Virus record (IMG/VR): IMGVR_UViG_3300027844_001828
Location: 1 to 64,000 of that record
Strand: one strand, 5' to 3'
Length of the DNA: 64,000 nt
How positions within the stretch are numbered: the stretch's first letter is position 1; every line of letters starts with the position of its first letter. Under the pieces are notes generated by a model. That model was not told where the DNA came from. It was given only the letters and a program-made list of their open reading frames with translations, and did no database searches. A program made the translations under genes and the position numbers. This document shows, piece after piece, positions 35,645 through 45,133 of the stretch.

Positions 35645-37733
35645 AGTATTTGGGCAGCAGCCACATAAAGATACTTCAACAATTAATTTTTACTTATTTT
35701 TATCAAATGGGGAGTATTGGGTTGAGACAATCGACACCAATTACCCCATGGGATATATAGAAAGTGAATTCACCAAACAGTTAATCAGCATGAACACCGC
35801 TGAGTACGGAACAGACCAGTCCGTATTGACCATTTTGCGTAAGAGATTGACCCCAACTTCCGCCTTGCATCTAATATTTGACCGAGATAAGGCTGATTTA
35901 TACCTCTCAGAAGACAATAAGCAGCTTCTGAAGGCAAATCGTGGCGAAGACGGGTATCGAATCGCAACCTTAGCCTTGAAGGCGCTCGGTGGCTGGCTGG
36001 TAAGTGATGATCAACCTAAGACCAACTTATTTGGTGAATTAGATAAAAGTTCACTGTCCCTCGTCTCAAACAATAAGTTCTGGATAAATAAAAATTTCTC
36101 CATATATTCACTTATGGATTTTCCAGCAATAATTTCGTCCTTAGAGAATTCTGGTAAAGAGTGGAAAGGGATGGAGACAGCGAGTATTTTCATCTTTGAT
36201 TACAATGATGAGCAGATACGGGAAGTTATGGAGAAGCAAATAGGGAACGGGTTTCTTGATAGAGATGCTAGCCTGTGCTTGCTAAACTTCAATATCGGGA
36301 GATTTGAGGTCCAGTCGCCATCTATTATTGTTGACTCGAATGAAAAGGGAATCTTTGAGATTCAAAACGCTATAAAAGACGTATTGTTGAAAAAGATTGG
36401 TGTTACGGGACTACCATTAATGAAGGCGAGATCTGAGGCCGCTTTTAATAGCGGGTACAGTGTTCAGGATATTTACTATACGTCTTTCAAAGACGCGGAG
36501 CATGATCAGGCCATATCTAACGCATTCAATAGCGGCCCTAACAAAGAAGCCAAGGCTAAGATGGCAAAAATATTCAAGGATTATAAAATTTTCCTTGGTG
36601 ACACTGAGATGAGAAACTTCTTATTGAGCTTTTTTATTTTCAAAGAGATATTCCCATTGTCAGACGCCGCAAAACAATACAAGACTTTTTTCACTATTAT
36701 CGGAATGGCAAAACCACCCGGAGCGCCGGGGAGAAATCCCTCAGTAAACAACCAGGAAGTATTTGACGCTATCTTCACTGCCGTTGGAGACCCCGTTGTC
36801 GGAGAAGACAAATTATATTACCTTATATCTTCAAGGTTTTGTTTCCCAAAGAGGGTGTTTTCTTTATTTTTCAATGTGAACGATTCCTCTGATGCCACAA
36901 TGCATGATGTGATCGAGTTCAATCAGAAGAATGGGATGGTATCTGGGTACAGTTTGACCGAGGGCGAGTCTGATACGACTCAAGATGAAAAAGCGTTTTA
37001 CAACCTTAAAGTAGCGCCACATATGCAGAAAGCTGTTATTGCCAAACTTGGAGATAAGGTCAGAGACAATCGGGTGGATGAAAAAGTAATGATTAAAAGC
37101 TTGTCTGAATTTCCAGATGCGCATTCTCAGATCTTACAGTCTTTTGAATCCTACGGAGTTGAGTATCAAGACATTAATGTTATCATGACATTTTCCCCCG
37201 GCGAGGCAGGGCAGGTAGCTGGTTATGCCAGTAACACATTCAATGATCAGGAAGCGGTGTCTCTGGCTCGGGGGCACAGGGACTTTAAGATGCCATTTAT
37301 CATTATGAACACTGCATCGCCGCAGGTTTCAAATAGAGAGAAGATGACATCAATATTGATTCATGAGGCGGATCACTACTTGCATGATATGCTAATACTA
37401 AAAGGAGAACTTGATAAATCGTTTAACGACATCAAGGGCGGCAGCGATGCAAAAACGCACAAGGAGCAAATCCAAAACCATCTTGAGTATTTGAGATCAC
37501 CATCTGAGACGGAGGCCCACACGGTTGAGGCGCTATCCGTTCTTCGAGCATTCTCTGTCCCGTACCTTATCAAAAACTGGCATACAATAAAAAGTAAGAT
37601 TATAGCAGAGGAATTTGAAGTCAAAGGAGAGCTTGCCTACCAAGTAGTCATCAAAGAATATTCTGGTTTCGTCGAAGAGGCGCTAAGAAGATATATTAAA
37701 GAAGTTGAAGTCTCAAATCCCCCACCTGAGTAA
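35622..37733 (+). CDS. Large protein (703 aa) with C-terminal HExxH zincin-like metallopeptidase motif
   Basis: 'ILIHEADHYLH' followed by 'YLRSPSETEAH', a downstream Glu-ligand pattern. The N-terminal ~500 aa are unrecognised. Confidence 0.55.
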   Translation: MMNWHLNEVFGQQPHKDTSTINFYLFLSNGEYWVETIDTNYPMGYIESEFTKQLISMNTAEYGTDQSVLTILRKRLTPTSALHLIFDRDKADLYLSEDNKQLLKANRGEDGYRIATLALKALGGWLVSDDQPKTNLFGELDKSSLSLVSNNKFWINKNFSIYSLMDFPAIISSLENSGKEWKGMETASIFIFDYNDEQIREVMEKQIGNGFLDRDASLCLLNFNIGRFEVQSPSIIVDSNEKGIFEIQNAIKDVLLKKIGVTGLPLMKARSEAAFNSGYSVQDIYYTSFKDAEHDQAISNAFNSGPNKEAKAKMAKIFKDYKIFLGDTEMRNFLLSFFIFKEIFPLSDAAKQYKTFFTIIGMAKPPGAPGRNPSVNNQEVFDAIFTAVGDPVVGEDKLYYLISSRFCFPKRVFSLFFNVNDSSDATMHDVIEFNQKNGMVSGYSLTEGESDTTQDEKAFYNLKVAPHMQKAVIAKLGDKVRDNRVDEKVMIKSLSEFPDAHSQILQSFESYGVEYQDINVIMTFSPGEAGQVAGYASNTFNDQEAVSLARGHRDFKMPFIIMNTASPQVSNREKMTSILIHEADHYLHDMLILKGELDKSFNDIKGGSDAKTHKEQIQNHLEYLRSPSETEAHTVEALSVLRAFSVPYLIKNWHTIKSKIIAEEFEVKGELAYQVVIKEYSGFVEEALRRYIKEVEVSNPPPE

Positions 37734-37751
37734 GTAATAGTTGCCCCCGGC

Positions 37752-37779
37752 TTGCAAAGCGCACCGACTCGGCTATATT
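37752..37779 (+). promoter_or_regulatory. Sigma70-type promoter TTGCAA-N16-TATATT
   Basis: Intergenic, upstream of ORF 37816; the same motif recurs at 51653 and 55518. Confidence 0.7.
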
Positions 37780-37815
37780 ATGCTATCGAAACGATTATAA
37801 ACTCAGGAGCGCACC

Positions 37816-38196
37816 ATGTTTGACAATAAATTAATAGCTATATTTAACACCAAGAAAGAAAAACTAATTAGCGGCTTCAACTTTCCAGAATGGCTTCACC
37901 TCAAGTGTTTTGGATGCAGTGGAGAAATGGGCCGGTCCTCGATTCAGGCTCTTGAAGTATCGTTTGTCCCGTCATTCCTTGGCGATCTTGTTATCACGTA
38001 CCTTTGCGATGAGTGCTCCAGTTGTTATTGTATGCACCTTAAGGCGGGGGTGAAAAACTTTACGGACGTTGCCGATGTTTTAGAGAGTTCCGTGAATACC
38101 TGGGAATTTATAGACAGGAATGAGTTGTTAGGTAACGACAGACATAACTTAATAGAACGATGGAAAGACGATGCAGAAACTACAGATAATAATTGA
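37816..38196 (+). CDS. Small putative zinc-ribbon protein
   Basis: AGGAG SD; CxxC (CFGC) and CxxC (CDEC) plus extra Cys/His. Confidence 0.6.
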   Translation: MFDNKLIAIFNTKKEKLISGFNFPEWLHLKCFGCSGEMGRSSIQALEVSFVPSFLGDLVITYLCDECSSCYCMHLKAGVKNFTDVADVLESSVNTWEFIDRNELLGNDRHNLIERWKDDAETTDNN

Positions 38197-39724
38197 TAAT
38201 AATGAGACGAGAATTGTTGGTCAAATCCCGATGGAAGCCAACAACGCTCTTTCAGATAAAATGTCATATGTAATGAAAGGGCGCGAGCATGTCCAATCAT
38301 ATATTGATGATGAATGGGATGGCGTGGTCAGACTTTTCAAACCAAGTGGTTTTCTCAGCGGTCTTTTGGGGATTGTCAAGGGCACTTTCGATGAGTATGG
38401 TGTAGAATATGAAGTGTGTGATGAACGTCGTCGCACCAGTAATAATTTCCCTGAGTTGGAGTTCACTTACCCCGAAGGGTATGAAAAAAGAGACTACCAG
38501 GATTTCACCGTAGAAAGATCCATTCAGATCACTCGTGGGACATTGAATATAGCGACCGGTGGTGGGAAGACTGTGATAGTAGCGAAGTTGATTGGAGATT
38601 TGAAGGTCAAACCATTTTTGTTTTATACATTGACGAAAGACCTTTTGTATCAGGCCAAAGATGTTTTAGGGAAGCATCTAAATTGTAAAATAGGCCAGAT
38701 TGGCGACTCTAAAGTTGACATACAAGATGTCACAGTCTGCACCAAGGATGCGGTTTTGTACGCATTGAATAAGGGTAAGAGCGTAGATTTCAAAAAGTAC
38801 AAACTTGATAGTGAAGACGTGTGGGACGAAAGCGAAGTATTTGGATCGAGTTCTGCCGAAGAGATTTGTGAGTTGGTAAGAAATTGCAGAGGTTTGTATT
38901 TTGACGAAGTTCATCATGCGTCAGCAACTACTTGCCAAGAGATTATTAATGCCTCACCAAATGCGTATTGGAGATTCGGCGGCAGCGCTACATTACTTCG
39001 AGAAGACGGTCAAGAAATAGTTATTCAGGGATTGTTCGGCAGAAGGATTGTTAATATCCCCTTGTCTTATTTGGTTAAGAACGGGCACCTTGTTCCTGCG
39101 GGTTTATTTGTTGCCCCGGTCACCGTCAACCATAATATTTACAAGTCGTATCCTCAAATTTACAAGAAGTGTGTCATTGATAATGAGCAAGTGGCTCAGA
39201 CCATTGCTGATATTGCGATATACACATCTGGATTAGGGAAGAGTAATTTGGTCCTTGTGTCTAAGATAAAACATGGGCAGTCGATTAAGAAACTAATTCC
39301 CGGATCTGTGTTTTTGTCTGGTAGGGACTCTTCGAAAAAGAGGAACCAAGCTATCGAAGATATGAGAACTGGAAAGAAGATGGTTCTCATAGCCACGACG
39401 CTGGCTGATGAGGGCCTTGATATAACGAACTTGGATATAGTCCATATGGCTGGAGCGGGGGCGTCAATCTCCAGAATCCCCCAAAGGATCGGTCGAATAG
39501 TTAGAAAGAGGCCGGGAAAAACCTACGGCATCGCGATATATTATCATTACTGCACCACCTATTTGTATGAACACGGATTGAAGGTGAAGAAAATAGTAAA
39601 GGCCGAAGAGGGAGCTATCGAAATAATACAGGTTGCCGATGTAGTAGATTTGAAGTCTGAGATTATAAGATACATGAATAAGAAAGAAACATTGTTTGGG
39701 GAATTAGAAAAAGAACTTGAGTAG
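38171..39724 (+). CDS. Superfamily 2 DExH helicase (UvsW/XPB/ResIII-like)
   Basis: Walker A 'ATGGGKT', 'DEVHH', motif III 'SAT', motif VI 'QRIGRIVR'. Confidence 0.9.
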   Translation: MQKLQIIIDNNETRIVGQIPMEANNALSDKMSYVMKGREHVQSYIDDEWDGVVRLFKPSGFLSGLLGIVKGTFDEYGVEYEVCDERRRTSNNFPELEFTYPEGYEKRDYQDFTVERSIQITRGTLNIATGGGKTVIVAKLIGDLKVKPFLFYTLTKDLLYQAKDVLGKHLNCKIGQIGDSKVDIQDVTVCTKDAVLYALNKGKSVDFKKYKLDSEDVWDESEVFGSSSAEEICELVRNCRGLYFDEVHHASATTCQEIINASPNAYWRFGGSATLLREDGQEIVIQGLFGRRIVNIPLSYLVKNGHLVPAGLFVAPVTVNHNIYKSYPQIYKKCVIDNEQVAQTIADIAIYTSGLGKSNLVLVSKIKHGQSIKKLIPGSVFLSGRDSSKKRNQAIEDMRTGKKMVLIATTLADEGLDITNLDIVHMAGAGASISRIPQRIGRIVRKRPGKTYGIAIYYHYCTTYLYEHGLKVKKIVKAEEGAIEIIQVADVVDLKSEIIRYMNKKETLFGELEKELE

Positions 39725-39735
39725 GGGCTACGAAA

Positions 39736-41352
39736 ATGAGTAACATTAAAGACATAGAACCGATAAGGGAGTTGCTTGATTGTGCCAACGGGCAGTTTAA
39801 CTTATCGCAACCAAACTTCACACTTTGTTTGAATGCCATCGAGAAGGGTGGAGTTAAGGCTATGGTATCCGTTGCTCTTTTTAACAGAATAACGAGCAAT
39901 GTTTATTTGTTAAAAACCGAAGGGAGACAAAAGAAGGGAAGTGTCTGGTCAAACCCAATCCCTGTTGAAGAGATCATAATGGATTGCACCTCCAGGAAAG
40001 TTCTTGGAGAAAAAGGAATCGCTGCTTTGAAGCCGAACTATAGCCGCTACATTGCCGAGCTTATTGCAAATAACGTTTTCTACAGATTCGGTAAAAACAA
40101 CTTCCATGTATACACTTATGAGAAAGAAGTTTTCTCGTGGGGGTATATGAATAAAAAGTTAGCCTTCGTGTATCCTAAGACGGTTAAGAAATTGATCGCA
40201 TCAAAAACTGATTTGTGGAACTTGTTTTCTCATAACCACAAACCCGGCGTAAACTCATCAATGATGATCGGAGAGTTCTCTGAAAGGTTCGCGATGTTCA
40301 TTGACGAACTTGTTCAGAAGATGCCACCCAAAACGAAGAGCAGATTTAGAAAGTACACGAAGCATTATGACGCTTCGATTTATTTGTATGAGGTCGAGGC
40401 CATGTTAGCCAAAACGGATGATTTCGACGGGTTTGACGAGTATAACTCATTTGACGAGTCCATGCTTCCGTTATCGGTAGAGGGAAAGTTCTCAGAGCTT
40501 ATTCCGGGGGAAGTGAAAAGTAATTCAAGCAATGCGTTTGGTCACCAGAGAAGAATATCCGAGAAGAGCCTCTTCTTTATTAATGAGTCACTCTTAGCAA
40601 AGATCGTCGCAGTTAATGGGCTCCCCGAAGAGCAACTTCATGTTTCAAGTGATGCGTATCATCTTTTGAGTTATTTGGAGAGAAAGATAAAGGAGAAGCG
40701 CGGTATCACAGATCCGTCACTCGTTATATTTAAGAGTCTTTCCAAAGAGCAGAATCAATGTGCCGAGTTGTTCGACCGGTTGACCGCGACCGACAATCGA
40801 GATGACGACTTCATAAAAGAGTGGATAAAATGGTTTGTCATAAACCAAACTTTGGACAAGGACTTCGATAGTTCGTATGTCATTTGTCGCGCATTACTTA
40901 GGACATATAATAAGTTTTCTAAGAGTTATTTAATTGAAATGGGTGACGATAAAGTTGTCAGCGTCCTTTACAATTCGATGAAAGACAAGTATAGTATTGA
41001 CTGTACAATTGAGGAACTCTGCGGTCAGTTTGGAGTCTGGTTGTCTTATAATTTTTTGCACGTTTCATACGGTGAGAAAGAGGCTATCGATCTTATGCTT
41101 GGCATGTTCGAGGAAATATCTAACGAAGAGGGTCAGAAGAAGCGCACAAGGATTGAAACACTCTTGAAGGCGACTTGTTCTAGACCTTGGGAGCCGGGCT
41201 TGGTAACAAGACTTCACCCCATTACTAAAGCAATGGATAAGATGGTGTCGGGAAATAATTGTAGGTTGGCGGATCTCGGTTTGTCACCAGACAGAACAAC
41301 TGACGCGCAGCATTCAGCATTTTGGAGGAAAATAAATGACGAACGAAAGTAA
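39736..41352 (+). CDS. Hypothetical protein (538 aa), possibly a replication initiator
   Basis: Long ORF with SD, located between the SF2 helicase and the loader/DnaB genes. No motif recognised, so function is inferred from context only. Confidence 0.5.
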   Translation: MSNIKDIEPIRELLDCANGQFNLSQPNFTLCLNAIEKGGVKAMVSVALFNRITSNVYLLKTEGRQKKGSVWSNPIPVEEIIMDCTSRKVLGEKGIAALKPNYSRYIAELIANNVFYRFGKNNFHVYTYEKEVFSWGYMNKKLAFVYPKTVKKLIASKTDLWNLFSHNHKPGVNSSMMIGEFSERFAMFIDELVQKMPPKTKSRFRKYTKHYDASIYLYEVEAMLAKTDDFDGFDEYNSFDESMLPLSVEGKFSELIPGEVKSNSSNAFGHQRRISEKSLFFINESLLAKIVAVNGLPEEQLHVSSDAYHLLSYLERKIKEKRGITDPSLVIFKSLSKEQNQCAELFDRLTATDNRDDDFIKEWIKWFVINQTLDKDFDSSYVICRALLRTYNKFSKSYLIEMGDDKVVSVLYNSMKDKYSIDCTIEELCGQFGVWLSYNFLHVSYGEKEAIDLMLGMFEEISNEEGQKKRTRIETLLKATCSRPWEPGLVTRLHPITKAMDKMVSGNNCRLADLGLSPDRTTDAQHSAFWRKINDERK

Positions 41353-42358
41353 CAAAAATCTTGATGATGCAATAAAGTATCTTCAAGAGATTGAGCGTGG
41401 TACTGGCATAGATTTGCAAAAGTACGCGCACAAAAAAAGTTGGTTTGATAAGAAATTCTCAAACAAGCTTAAAGGGGTTAAAAACCCAGATGAATTGTCG
41501 GAATTCTTAAGTAAGGGAGTTGGTAGTTATTCAAATTCAGAGTTGACAGTTTTTGTTGACGGCCCAGTCCCAGGCAGCAGGCTTCTTGATGGATTGGATT
41601 ATAGAGAGGAAATATCTCGACATATTATGGTTGCCACTTTGCTACCGACGCTTTTCCACATAGATAGTTTCTCAGCTTCAGAGATGGTTCATCGAGAAGA
41701 GTTTAGTTCAGTGGTTCCTAAGCTCGTAGATTTTAAGAAGTCCGCAGAAGCGATTGAAAGGATGATCTCCGCCAAGATATTGTTTCTTGGAAACGTATCT
41801 TGCAATTCGGTTTTCGCCGTTTCAAACAGAGGCGGAAATCAAGAGCACTCCAATAAAACCACACAGTGGATATCAAGTGTTTTCGAAAGAGTCTTTTCAA
41901 CGAGGATGCTACAAGGGAAAATCACGATTGTGAGCCTTCTTGACCCGTATGAGACGATCATGGAAGAAGGGTCATGGCTCGGCCCTACGCTTCTTGAGAA
42001 GGTAAAAATATGCCACTCTTACCCAAACAGGGTTGATAACGCTATCTACTCAGAGATAAAAGGATTCAGAATTAGTTTGTCCACTAAGATCGAGGGAAGT
42101 GCTTTTGATTGTGAGTCGGTGAAGAAAAGAGTTATAAAAGCCGCTAATAAAGCGAGGTTGGGGATTGAAGACAAAGAGATAGATAGTGCGTTTATGAATT
42201 TTCATCAAAAGTGTGTGGATCTTAAAGTTCCAGACACAATTTATGAGAAGGTTGAAGCGTGGTTTGGATACGCAGTGGAGAACGACAAAGACGGAATGAA
42301 GAAGTTGATTTCCCAAATGAAAGAAGACCCGTCATTTATTACAATTTTTGCGAGGTAG
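41336..42358 (+). CDS. DnaC/IstB-like helicase loader with degenerate P-loop
   Basis: 'ISSVFERVFSTRMLQGKITIVS' matches the DnaC-type 'LFxIIxxRYxxxKPTIITSN' segment. 'VFVDGPVPGSR' lies at the Walker A position. Directly upstream of dnaB. Confidence 0.45.
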   Translation: MTNESNKNLDDAIKYLQEIERGTGIDLQKYAHKKSWFDKKFSNKLKGVKNPDELSEFLSKGVGSYSNSELTVFVDGPVPGSRLLDGLDYREEISRHIMVATLLPTLFHIDSFSASEMVHREEFSSVVPKLVDFKKSAEAIERMISAKILFLGNVSCNSVFAVSNRGGNQEHSNKTTQWISSVFERVFSTRMLQGKITIVSLLDPYETIMEEGSWLGPTLLEKVKICHSYPNRVDNAIYSEIKGFRISLSTKIEGSAFDCESVKKRVIKAANKARLGIEDKEIDSAFMNFHQKCVDLKVPDTIYEKVEAWFGYAVENDKDGMKKLISQMKEDPSFITIFAR

Positions 42359-42361
42359 AGA

Positions 42362-44011
42362 ATGTCATTTAGAGAAATAGATATAGCTAAAATAAAGCAG
42401 CGTGAAAGATTGTTGCCAAATGAAGATGTGATGATTGAGGCTCAGAGAGAAGAAGTTCAATTGCTATCTATCGTCATGAGAAAAGGCGGTGATCAATACC
42501 TTCAGGATATGATGGATTGCACAGAAGTTGGAGTTGAGCATTTCTTGTTCGCTCCTAATGCAAGGATGTTCTCACTTGTTTGTAAGTGTTACATGAAGAA
42601 TAGATCGAGGCCAACAAGGATCTACATTGAAAAACAAGCCGAGTACTTCGACTCGCCTGCACAGGTTCGATCATTTTATGAAAAGATTGTTCGGTTAAAT
42701 GTAGAAGAAGATAATTATGAGCAGTTGAAAAGAGGGTTGGTCGCAAGATTCCTACAGCAGTCATTTTTTGAAATAACTATGGGCAAGACTCCAGATGAAG
42801 TCGGACTCATGCAAAGAATATTTGACGCCAAAGATGATCAAGATAAGTTGATTGACAAGATGAGGGACCAACTCTTAGGTCTTGAGGCTCCAAATGATTC
42901 CGAAGATAAATTCACAAAGACGGTTTTGGTTAAAGAGGAAATAGATGAGGTCTATGATGAAATCATGGATCGAAGAATGAATCCAGAGGCCCATCAAGGA
43001 ATGATGTGTGGAATCCCAGGATTTGACAACACCTTGAATGGTTGGAAGCCGGGGGAGTACTCGATTTTGGTTGGGCACCCTAACGGCGGTAAAACAACGA
43101 CCATGATAAACTTGGCTGTGGGAATGGCTGAACGAGGCGCGAGGGTGTGCTATGTTACGGTAGAGTCATCAAGTCAGCAGTTGATCGAGAGATTGATCTC
43201 AAGAGAGTCTAAGATTGATTCGGCGATTATCAAGAAGGGTGGACAGGGAGAAGATGAGATAAACCAAGAAAGAGCTAACAAGATATACCATGCAAAGGAA
43301 AAGATCAAAGAGATGCTTGGCGATACCTTGTGCTTTATCACTGTTCCTCAGAAGACTAAGATCACATCAATGCTTGCCCGTGTAGAAAAACAGCGTAGGT
43401 TTTCTGACTTCGATGTTCTATTTGTTGATTATCTTGATGTTATTGATTCCGTAGAGAGATATCCAGACAGAAAGGACTTGGAGATCGGTGACGTAAGTGT
43501 TAGACTTCAGTCTTATGGAAGAAGACATGGGTTGACCACCTTTACTGCACAGAGTTTCAATAATGAAATGATAAAGGCCATTAAGAAGTGCCAAGAGAAT
43601 GCGTCCGATGATGAAGAGTCTGATCTTGAAAACGTTGTTGGAATCGAAGGTGTTGGAGGAACTCAGAAGTTATCGAGAGACGCAGATTATATGTGGGGGA
43701 TAATACTGGGAAATCAAGGGTTGAAGCTCTCCATATTTTGGCTTAAATCAAGGAACACTGGAAAAGAAAGACCATTTATCTTAAACGCCTTTTTAGACTG
43801 TTGCCTCCTTGTTCAAAGAGAGAGCTTCCAGGCTGATGGAAACGGAACAGGTCCGATTCTTCCAAATGTAAGCGAAGAAGAAGTCGCTAAGGGTATTGAA
43901 GCAATAAGCTCGGACGAGGACGGGCCAGAAGAAATTAACAAGGGGAAAGACGGTTCGATTGCCGATGAGGTAAGCACAGGCAGTGGTTTCGCTATGAACC
44001 CAGAGGTATAG
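42362..44011 (+). CDS. dnaB: Replicative DNA helicase DnaB
   Basis: Walker A 'GHPNGGKTT', 'VCYVTVESS', Walker B 'FVDYLDVI', 'AQSFN', 'QKLSRDADY', 'LKSRN'. Confidence 0.9.
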   Translation: MSFREIDIAKIKQRERLLPNEDVMIEAQREEVQLLSIVMRKGGDQYLQDMMDCTEVGVEHFLFAPNARMFSLVCKCYMKNRSRPTRIYIEKQAEYFDSPAQVRSFYEKIVRLNVEEDNYEQLKRGLVARFLQQSFFEITMGKTPDEVGLMQRIFDAKDDQDKLIDKMRDQLLGLEAPNDSEDKFTKTVLVKEEIDEVYDEIMDRRMNPEAHQGMMCGIPGFDNTLNGWKPGEYSILVGHPNGGKTTTMINLAVGMAERGARVCYVTVESSSQQLIERLISRESKIDSAIIKKGGQGEDEINQERANKIYHAKEKIKEMLGDTLCFITVPQKTKITSMLARVEKQRRFSDFDVLFVDYLDVIDSVERYPDRKDLEIGDVSVRLQSYGRRHGLTTFTAQSFNNEMIKAIKKCQENASDDEESDLENVVGIEGVGGTQKLSRDADYMWGIILGNQGLKLSIFWLKSRNTGKERPFILNAFLDCCLLVQRESFQADGNGTGPILPNVSEEEVAKGIEAISSDEDGPEEINKGKDGSIADEVSTGSGFAMNPEV

Positions 44012-44013
44012 TT

Positions 44014-44556
44014 ATGGCTGGTGGATTCAGAGGATTAGTTTATAATCAGGTGGATCTTAAGGACTTCTTGGAAACGACATGCGGTGTCCGATTGAGAAAG
44101 ACCGGGGACGACAGTTATAAAACTCTTTGCCCGTTCCCGTATCATAGGGACGGGAAGCCGTCATTTCAGGTAGATCTTAAGGAAGGTGGCTGGATGTGGT
44201 ATTGCTATGGCTGCTCTGAAGGCGGGACGATATTTGAATTCGTCCAAAAGTATTTCAGTCTCGATGCCGAGAATGCCGTCAAGTATATCACTGATAATTT
44301 TGAAATAAGAAGTGACGTTGAGGCTATCGTCTCGTCTATGGCTTTATCGGGATCTGACTCTAAGCGTAGGGTGGAGACTGAGACTCATCATGTTGTTTTG
44401 TGCAACGTCTGTTATGATTTATTAAAAAATAGATCTGGGGATAAAGAAGTTTTTTTAAAGGTCAAGAATATATTTTCCAGAGCGAATGAGGCGTTGTCCA
44501 CAATGGACGCTAATGAAATGTATGAAATCATGTCTGACGCATTGTCTATAGATTAA
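44014..44556 (+). CDS. Stand-alone DnaG-type CHC2 zinc-binding domain protein (no TOPRIM domain)
   Basis: 'CPFPYHRDGKPSFQV...WYCYGCSEGGTIFEFVQKY' is the CHC2 zinc finger; the ORF stops at 180 aa. Confidence 0.85.
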   Translation: MAGGFRGLVYNQVDLKDFLETTCGVRLRKTGDDSYKTLCPFPYHRDGKPSFQVDLKEGGWMWYCYGCSEGGTIFEFVQKYFSLDAENAVKYITDNFEIRSDVEAIVSSMALSGSDSKRRVETETHHVVLCNVCYDLLKNRSGDKEVFLKVKNIFSRANEALSTMDANEMYEIMSDALSID

Positions 44557-44558
44557 CG

Positions 44559-44567
44559 TGGTATAAT
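44559..44567 (+). promoter_or_regulatory. Extended -10 promoter (TGgTATAAT), probably giving a near-leaderless dCMP deaminase mRNA
   Basis: TG-n-TATAAT lies 8 nt upstream of ATG 44576, with no SD in the gap. Confidence 0.5.
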
Positions 44568-44575
44568 TTAGAATT

Positions 44576-45133
44576 ATGAGAAATGATTATAATAGTTGGC
44601 ACGAATGCTTTTTTGGATTCGCATATGAGGCGGCGGGACGATCAAAAGATCCGTCTACTCAATGCGGAGCTTGTATTGTTAGAAATAACAGGCCGAAGGG
44701 GATTGGATATAATGGCTTTATAAAAGGAGTCGAAGACACCCCGGAACGATGGGAAAAAGAAGAAAAGAAAAAGTACGTCTACCACGCTGAAAAGAATGCG
44801 ATAGCTAATAGTGAACTTAGAGACTTTGAAGATTGTCATTTGTATTTATGGTCTTCAAACCCGAATGTTTACCTTCCGTGCAAGGCATGCGCTGGAGATA
44901 TCGTACAGTTTGGAATAAGAAACGTACACGTATTGAAAAGACACAACGCAATTGAACCTGAAGATGACAAAAGATGGGACACTGGATTGACCTTATCTCT
45001 ATTTGAACATGGAGACGTAAGAGTTCATTCTCATTCCGCCGAAGAAGTACACCGTGCTTTGCTCACAAGAGCAACGAAAGATCTAAGCATGGAGAACATA
45101 GGTAATGAGTCAGGAACAGATAACAAGTGTTAA
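44576..45133 (+). CDS. dCMP deaminase (ComEB/T4 Cd-like)
   Basis: 'AAGRSKDPSTQCGACIV', 'GIGYNGF', 'HAEKNAI', 'PCKAC'. Confidence 0.92.
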   Translation: MRNDYNSWHECFFGFAYEAAGRSKDPSTQCGACIVRNNRPKGIGYNGFIKGVEDTPERWEKEEKKKYVYHAEKNAIANSELRDFEDCHLYLWSSNPNVYLPCKACAGDIVQFGIRNVHVLKRHNAIEPEDDKRWDTGLTLSLFEHGDVRVHSHSAEEVHRALLTRATKDLSMENIGNESGTDNKC

